DNA from: Eledone cirrhosa | Taxonomy: Eukaryota | Length of the DNA stretch: 64,000 nt | Direction of reading: 5' to 3' | Assembly: GCA_964016885.1 (NCBI GenBank) | Contig: OZ024745.1 | Location: 57,102,001-57,166,000, forward strand | Part shown: positions 57,327 to 64,000 of the stretch, piece after piece | How positions within the stretch are numbered: the first letter of the stretch is position 1 | How the letters are laid out: each line of letters opens with the position of its first letter | Notes under the pieces: model-generated | The model's database searches: none | The model's input: only the letters and a program-made list of their open reading frames with translations | What the model was told of the DNA's origin: nothing | Position numbers and translations under genes: made by a program

Positions 57327-57392
<66 letters not shown>
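57327..57392. repeat. (TAG)n microsatellite
   Basis: Direct reading. Confidence 0.95.
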
Positions 57393-57395
<3 letters not shown>

Positions 57396-57444
57396 GGGGG
57401 GGGGGCATGGGGTGAGGAGGAGGGGGAGGAGAAAGAGGAGGAGG

Positions 57445-58101
57445 ACATTAATGAATCAAGAACTGATAAAAAGAATTCCAAACGTTTCGAAACTCTATCC
57501 ATCTGCCAACACCATGGTGTAATAGTCGGAAGCTGTCAATTATCCGACAGAGATTTTCAACTCTTTAGAACCATCAGGAATGCCTCCACATGCCTTTCAC
57601 ATGTTATTGAGGAATTTGGACCCACCTGGGCTATACAACAGAACTCAATTGGTTGTGTAAAATATATATCTACACGTAATTCAAGCCAACATTTCAACAC
57701 GACGTAGTAGGGGAGAGGATGTGTTCGTTCCAAGAATTATCCCCACTTATCCCACTTAAGTCCAATTTCAATTCAAAAGTCTTCAATTTCCTGTGAGTCT
57801 TAGTTTTTCCACAAAGACCAACACATCACAAAGACAAACATTTCCTGTTGAAGGTTTATACGTTGAAGAGCCGTGCTTCACCTATGGCTGGCTTTACATT
57901 GGATGATCATTAATAGGAAGTCAGAAAAATCTTTACGTTTATGCATTATATGGAAAAACAACAAACATTGTTTATACAAATATTATAAATTGACCCAATT
58001 AATAAAGCAATCCAAGCCGTGGTCTGACATGGAATTAAAAAAAAATTAAATAATAGCGCACTATTGTGATTATTGCCCGACAACGACGAGCTACTAGGTT
58101 A

Positions 58102-58103
<2 letters not shown>
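57445..58103 (+). mobile_element. Helitron 3' remnant: PIF1-like helicase C-terminus pseudogene and terminus
   Basis: Translates NYPTEIFNSLEPSGMPPH, MLLRNLDPPGLYN, LQFPVSLSF..SQRQTF, PCFTYGWLYIG and TTNIVY, with stops; followed by hairpin-like gcccgacaacgacgagc and CTAG at 58094-58097. Confidence 0.8.
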
Positions 58104-58136
<33 letters not shown>

Positions 58137-58291
58137 CAACTTTATGTTTAATACATTTAATTCCTGACGATCATTTCTGCTCTGTAATATATCTGATACT
58201 TTGCATTGGGCTAATTTCCTTACTGGTAATTGGGTAATACAAAATATCTTACCTTATTTATAATTATATATATATTATATATATAAGTATA

Positions 58292-61200
58292 AATATTATT
58301 ATTGTTTTTAGAGTCTCAGTCATTGATGTCAGTTAACTGGAAAGGTTGTAGAAATGAATATCAAGCCTCTACCTGCAGCCTCAGATATCCAGGACGTATC
58401 GGAGGGTTCTTGCTATTCCCAGCAAGCATGCCCTTTGAAGCGTTTCAAACAGCGTGAAGGGGCCAATTTTCTTTAACCATCCCTGGAAACTTTTTGAGAT
58501 AGTACCTATTTCGCCTATGACAATCGGGACCACTTTGACTTCAATGGCAGTTCCAAATCCTTTTTACCTCCCACTTTAAGTCCTGGTATCGGTTAATTTT
58601 CTCCCTCTCCTTCTCTTGCTCTCTCGTGTCGAATGGGCAGGCCACATCCACAATCAGGCACGATCTTTTTTCTTTGTCCAAAACAACCAGGTCAGGTCTA
58701 TTGTGTTCCTGTTTCTTGTCCGTCTGTATCCTAAAATCCCACAGCATCTTCACCTGATCGTTTTCTATCACCGACTCTGGCTTATGCTCATACCACTTCT
58801 CAGAATGTGGTAAATTGTTTAGTTTGCTAGGTGCCAGTGGATCACCCTGCCCATCACATCATGTCTCCAGCCCTTATAGTGAGTCTGCGCTAGGTGTTTG
58901 CACTCGGATACAATGTGAGCCACAGTCTCCTCTCTCCACAGATCCTGCACAGTGGGCTAGCCTCCTTCTTGTAAATATGGTGTTTGAACCACTTCGTTTT
59001 GAGGGCCTGCTCTTGCGCAGCCATTAACATTCCATCTGTAGCCTTTTTAAGATCTCCTCTTTTCAACCAGTTCCATGTCTGTGGATCTCTGAATTCAGTT
59101 TTCTCAAAGAAGGTACTATGAAGGGATTTTTCATGAAGGCTGCTCTTTCTCCTTGATGTTATTTCCTCCTTGGACATCCCCTGTTCTATTGCCCTCTCCT
59201 TCAGTACAGTTCTGAGCATTGGCTCCTTACTATCAGTCACGTATTTGTGTAGGTTGTTTTTCTCCATCTGAACACAGTCCTCTATGCTGATAAGACCTCT
59301 TCCATCTTCAGATCTCCTTAAGTAGAGTCCATCGACATCACTCCTCCTGTGAAACATGTTGTGGATAGTCAATAACTTCCTAGTCTTGCTATCAATTTCT
59401 TTTTGTTCAGCAACATTCCATCTCAGAATTCCCGCACTGTACCTAATAATAGACACAGCTCGGGAATTTACTGCACTTATGGCATTCCTACTGTTCAGAT
59501 GTGACTTTAATACACTCCTTACTCTCTGAATGTATTCAGATCTTATCAATTCCTTCATTTTGTTGTTGTTGATGTCATCAGCCTCCAGAACACCCAAATA
59601 CTTGTATCCTTCTTCAGTGTCAATTTCCTTTATCATCTCACCTGTTGGTGCCTGGATTCCATTGCTTCTGCTCAATTTTACCCCTCTTCATCACAAGGAC
59701 TCCACACTTACTAATACCAAATTGCATACATATATCTTTGCTGAAAATACGGACTATGTCAACAAGCACATCCAACTCGTTCTCACTCTTCCCGAAGAGC
59801 TTAAGATCGTCCATGAAGAGGGGGTGATTGATGGTAAGCTCTCCCTTTCCCAACTTGTATCCTGCTCTCACTTGTTGTAGTATAATGGACAGGGGCATCA
59901 GGGCAAGGACAAACAACAGAGGGGACAGACTATAACCCTGGAAGATACACCTCTTGGTCTTTCCGCCTCCCAAGGATTCTCCAGCTGATGTTAACTCTGT
60001 TTTCCAGGACTTCATACTTTTGCCCAACAACTGTCTGATGTTATCTGCCACCTTGAAGATCTCTAGGCTTTTGGTGATCCAAGAATGAGGCACCATGTCA
60101 AATGCCTTTATGTAGTCTATCCATCCCATGGCAAGACCAGTGTCTCCTCTTGCAATTCCTCATTACCATCTTATCAATAAGTAACTGTTCCTTTGTACCA
60201 CGGGACTTCTTTCGGCATCCTTTCTGTTCGTCCGGTAACAAGTTGTTTGTGTGGAGGTGATGGTAGATTTCCTCAGACATAATGCTTGTCAACGGTTTCC
60301 ACATTACGGACAGACATGTGATAGGTCTATAGATGGTAACATCATTACTCTTGATTCGGTCTTTCATTACCAGAACTGTGGTACCTTTTGTCAACCACTC
60401 TGGTACCTCACCTGACATCAAGCAGTCATTGAACATGGTTGTCAGTTTCGGGTGGAGGGAAGTTATATTTTGAATCCAATATCCCTGCACACCATCTAGG
60501 CCTGGTGATTTCCAGTTGGTTAGTGTTTTGGCCTGCCCCTTAAGAGTTTCAACTGTGATACTCAAATCAGTTTGTTGGTGTGCCTGTTCACTAATCTCCT
60601 TTTGTACTGTCTCAATCCACACTGCCTGGTCATTAAGTTTAACATCCTGCTCCCATATTCCTCTCCAGAATGTCTTAGTTTGTTCCGCCTCAGGGATCAA
60701 GTCGTTGCTTCTTTCTTTCCCTTCAAGCTGTCCAAACAGCATCCTCTGGTTGTTGTCAAACATGCGGTTCTGTCTATACTGACTGACTCTGCTCTCGTAT
60801 CGCCTAATTTTTGCACTCTTTGCTACAATGCGTTGCTTCAGTTCTTCTATGATAACATTTAGCTTTTTCCTCCTAGTTTTGTACTTTATTTCCAGTCTAT
60901 TTTTAGTGTCTATGTTTTTTAGTGTCCCATTCAGTAGGGACTCAAGCTTTCCAATGTCATTTCTCATTTCCCTAATTTGACCATTCAGTCGTTTCTTCCA
61001 CCAAGGCTCTGATCTTTCTTGTTTGTTGTTACCTCTCGCTTTTATACCAAGTAATTTCCTCAGCGCATTTGCTGTTGCTTTGAGGATATTGTTGCACTGG
61101 TGAAGGCTCCTAGCCTCAAGGTATGGGATGACTTTGTTTACCTTAGCTGTTGTTTCTTTTAACTTTTTCCTGTCTACAAATCTTAGGTTCATAGGTTTCC

Positions 61201-62030
61201 CACTATCATTGTTCAATTCATCTACAACTAAGTTTAGGATATCAACCAAATCTTGTCCTAGCCCCTCAGCATTCATCTCCTCAATGGCCGTATCTTTGTA
61301 CCAGGTATTATTTATTTGGCAGTAAGGGCGGTGGATTGGCTGTATCGGTAGAGGGTCGGACGCCATGCTTTCCAGCATAGTTATGTCCCTTTACAATCTG
61401 AGTTCAAATCCAGCCGAGGTTGACTTTGCCTTTCATCCTTACGGGGTCTATAACATAAAGTACCAGTAATGCACTGGGTAATTGCTGGCCTTGTGCCTAA
61501 AGCAGAAACAATTATTTATTTCAGCATTCAGATCATTGTCTGCCTCAGATGGTTCCTCCGTTCTCTCACCCTCTTCACCTTCATTCCCCACTGGCTCGTT
61601 TGCCTGGCATACTCCACTCTCCATTTCCAAGCTAATCTCTCAGCTCAGTTCCTCCAGTTCCAGCTCGCTTATCCACCCATTAGTTCTTATTACCCGAGCC
61701 TGCCCGGCCAATTGTTGTTCATCTAATTTAAATAGACCAATCTCGTTCCAGATGTTATGCATCCGTTTCCTATAGCCTTTCTCCTTGAGATTACTCTTCA
61801 GGTAACATTGCATAACAGTTCTATTCAATTCTTTCCTCCAGTTGGTTCTGGTCCCTTTCCTTCTTCTTCCTCCAACACCAGCAGTATTTGGTTGACATCC
61901 AGGTCCCTGCTGCTGAGCCAGGGGGCACCTGCTGGGTGAGAGTCTGTCACATGACATTCCAGTCTCCACTTCACCGTTATTCGAACTGTTTAGGTTCGAC
62001 ATTTAAACACTCTTATGGATGATTGGTGAA
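58292..62030 (-). mobile_element. Near full-length R4/Dong-clade non-LTR retrotransposon (RT, CCHC, restriction-like endonuclease), frameshifted
   Basis: ATG at 62002, then N-terminal CY..GYRKRM..W..EQQLAGQAR; RT motifs KSPGLDG, YRPITCL, KAFDMVPHSW, FQGYSLSPLLF, FMDDLKL; then CRICGE, LWDFRIQTD..NRPDLVV and ACLLGIARTLRYVLDI-stop at 58381; short (AAT)n tail. Confidence 0.9.
61327..61512 (+). mobile_element. Full-length SINE inserted antisense into the R4/Dong ORF
   Basis: ggcggtggattggc...agaaacaattatt; TSD core attatttattt at 61307-61317 and 61511-61521. Confidence 0.9.
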
Positions 62031-62857
62031 TGTATGGTTACATAACCACCGGTGATTTCATCAGCTCCGGTGATTTCATCACTCCCGGTGATTTTTGTGT
62101 GGCACTATCACGCTGTAGACGAACATAAATAAACAAACAAACAAATAGGTTAAAAAAAGAATAAGCATAAGTTTCATTGTAATGTAATGTTTGAATGTCT
62201 GACTTAGTTTTTCCCTTCCCTTCTCTGTCTGTCTGTTTTTCTTTTCATTTTTCTTTTCTTTACGTTTTTCGTTGTTGCTATGCTGCTTTGATTTTGATTG
62301 TTTGACCGGGTAATCAAATCAGTCTATTTATATCTTATGATGCCTTCCTCTTTTAGTGGGGACACTACGATGCATGTCTTAGCAAGAGGTTGTGGGAGAG
62401 AATAGCGGCGGTAGCGATAATGAGGCAGTGGTGGTGGTGATGTGATCGTAGTAGTGTAGTGATGGTGTTTAAGTTGAAGTAGAAATAGAAGTTGAGGTAA
62501 CTTGACTAGAGTTTTTAGCGTGGCAGTGGTGGCGGTGTTGATGGTGAAATTATGTTTCTGTCTGTCCACTTAGCCATTTAGCTATTTAGCTATTTAGCCA
62601 TTTTGCCATTTTCCTCTTTTTCGACTATAACATTTCTGATCCAAAATTAAATATTAAATATTGGGGCCCTATGCCGTAAAGTGATGCGTTATGGCTTGAT
62701 GAGCGTGAAAACTGTAATCTTATTGTTCATTTGTAATAAGAATTATTCTATCACAGTTGTTTTAAAGAAGTAAAAATCAAAAACTTACGGTAGCGATTCC
62801 ATAACGATATATATCCACCATGTGCGTTTTCTTCCCTATATATATTATTATTATTAA

Positions 62858-62897
<40 letters not shown>

Positions 62898-63192
62898 GTT
62901 CTTTGAGTCCCAGTCATTGATGTTATTTAACTGGAAAGTTTCTTGAAATGAATATCAAGCCGCTACCTGCACCCTCAGATATTCAGGACGTATCGGAGAG
63001 TACTTGCTGTTCCCAGCAAGCATGCCTTTTGAGTGTTCCAAAAAGCGGGACTGGACTAATCTTCTTTAACCATCCTTGGAAACTGCGCCTATGACAATCG
63101 GGACGACCTTGATTTCATGGCAGTTCCAAATCCTTTTTAACTCCCACTAAAACGTTTTAACTCCTGGTATTGGTTAATTTTCTCCCTCTCCT
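62898..63192 (-). mobile_element. Second R4/Dong copy, 3' end only, inside a (TAA)n tract
   Basis: Homologous to 58300-58612; (TAT)n at 62845-62897 and 63194-63215. Confidence 0.9.
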
Positions 63193-63374
63193 GTATTATT
63201 ATTATTATTATTATTGCATTTATCTTGCTTTATCTTCATACTAGTTATCTCCAAGTCACAACCAGTGACCTCAAGAGACAACAAGGTCCGCCATGTTCAA
63301 GAAAGAACATACATGCACACATATGCATCTTTAGGTGTTTAGACTTGTGATGTACTTATATTGACAGAATAACT

Positions 63375-64000
63375 CATAACTCTGCTAAACGCAGAGTTTA
63401 AGATTTGGGCGAAGGTGTTAGCAAAGAGAATAGCGCTTGTCGTGGGTGATCTGGTGGGAGAGGCGCAGACATGTGCCATTCGGGACAGATCCATCCACGA
63501 CAACCTCCATCTATTGCGATACATCATAGAGAGTGTGGGTCAGGAACATCGCACGGGTGGGGTCTTGATCAACTTGGATCAATTTAAAGCATTTGATAGG
63601 TTAGACCATCGATAGCTGGCTGCGGTCCTCGAGGCGGCCGGCACGGGTCCATTTTTAGGGGCTGGATCGCTGCGATGCACAGTGACATCTGCTCGATTGT
63701 GAGGATGAATGGTCACCTGTCTCAGCCGTTCAGCATCATGCGCTCGGTCCGCCAGAGTTGTCCCCTCTCGTCCCTCTTTTACGTATTGGCCCTCAAGCCG
63801 TTACTTCACGAATTGGATACGATGAGGGGGGTCCTACGCTAACTGGGATGCGGGAGATCCGTGTCAGCTTACGCCGACGAGGTCACCGCGGTAGTGTCGA
63901 GCACCAAACATGTCCAGATGCTCGGCACCGCTCTCAAGGAATACGAAACGGTGAGAAGAGCAGAGATAAACAAGATAGGTCGGTGGGCTTGCGACTCGAC
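63375..64000 (+). mobile_element. Tx1/L1-clade LINE reverse transcriptase fragment, decayed, running off the window end
   Basis: ITLLNAEFKIWAKVLAKR, RSIHDN, LDQFKAFDRLDH, SVRQSCPLS and SAYADEVT, with stops and frameshifts. Confidence 0.85.

Noticed and set aside
60098-61378. 426-aa ORF as an intact gene with its own start
   Set aside because: The N-terminal residues come from the antisense SINE insertion; the rest is one piece of a frameshifted R4/Dong ORF

Overview
AT-rich, microsatellite-saturated eukaryotic DNA. The SINE content points to an octopod cephalopod (inference). No host protein-coding gene can be supported, and most ORFs in the track are translations of (TA)n, (CA)n, (GA)n or (GAT)n tracts. 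The protein-like sequence that is recognisable comes from decayed transposons: a near full-length R4/Dong-clade LINE with a restriction-like endonuclease (58.3-62.0 kb, minus) plus a second 3' fragment, three Tx1/L1-clade fragments, CRE-clade, RTE and CR1-like fragments, and a Helitron helicase remnant. There are also about 9 copies of a tRNA-derived SINE, a second SINE family and a MITE. The main hidden signal is a dense set of type I hammerhead ribozymes (HHRs). By eye I find about 20 motifs in at least 8 mutually unrelated non-coding repeat families. Each has the CUGANGA (or U3:A8 UUGANAA) ... GAAA ... UH core, often with a palindromic minimal stem III. The elements sit in (TA)n tracts, often as inverted pairs, and one family forms a 532-bp tandem array. 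This matches non-autonomous Penelope-like elements or retrozymes. All folds and coordinates were read manually and need computational and biochemical confirmation.
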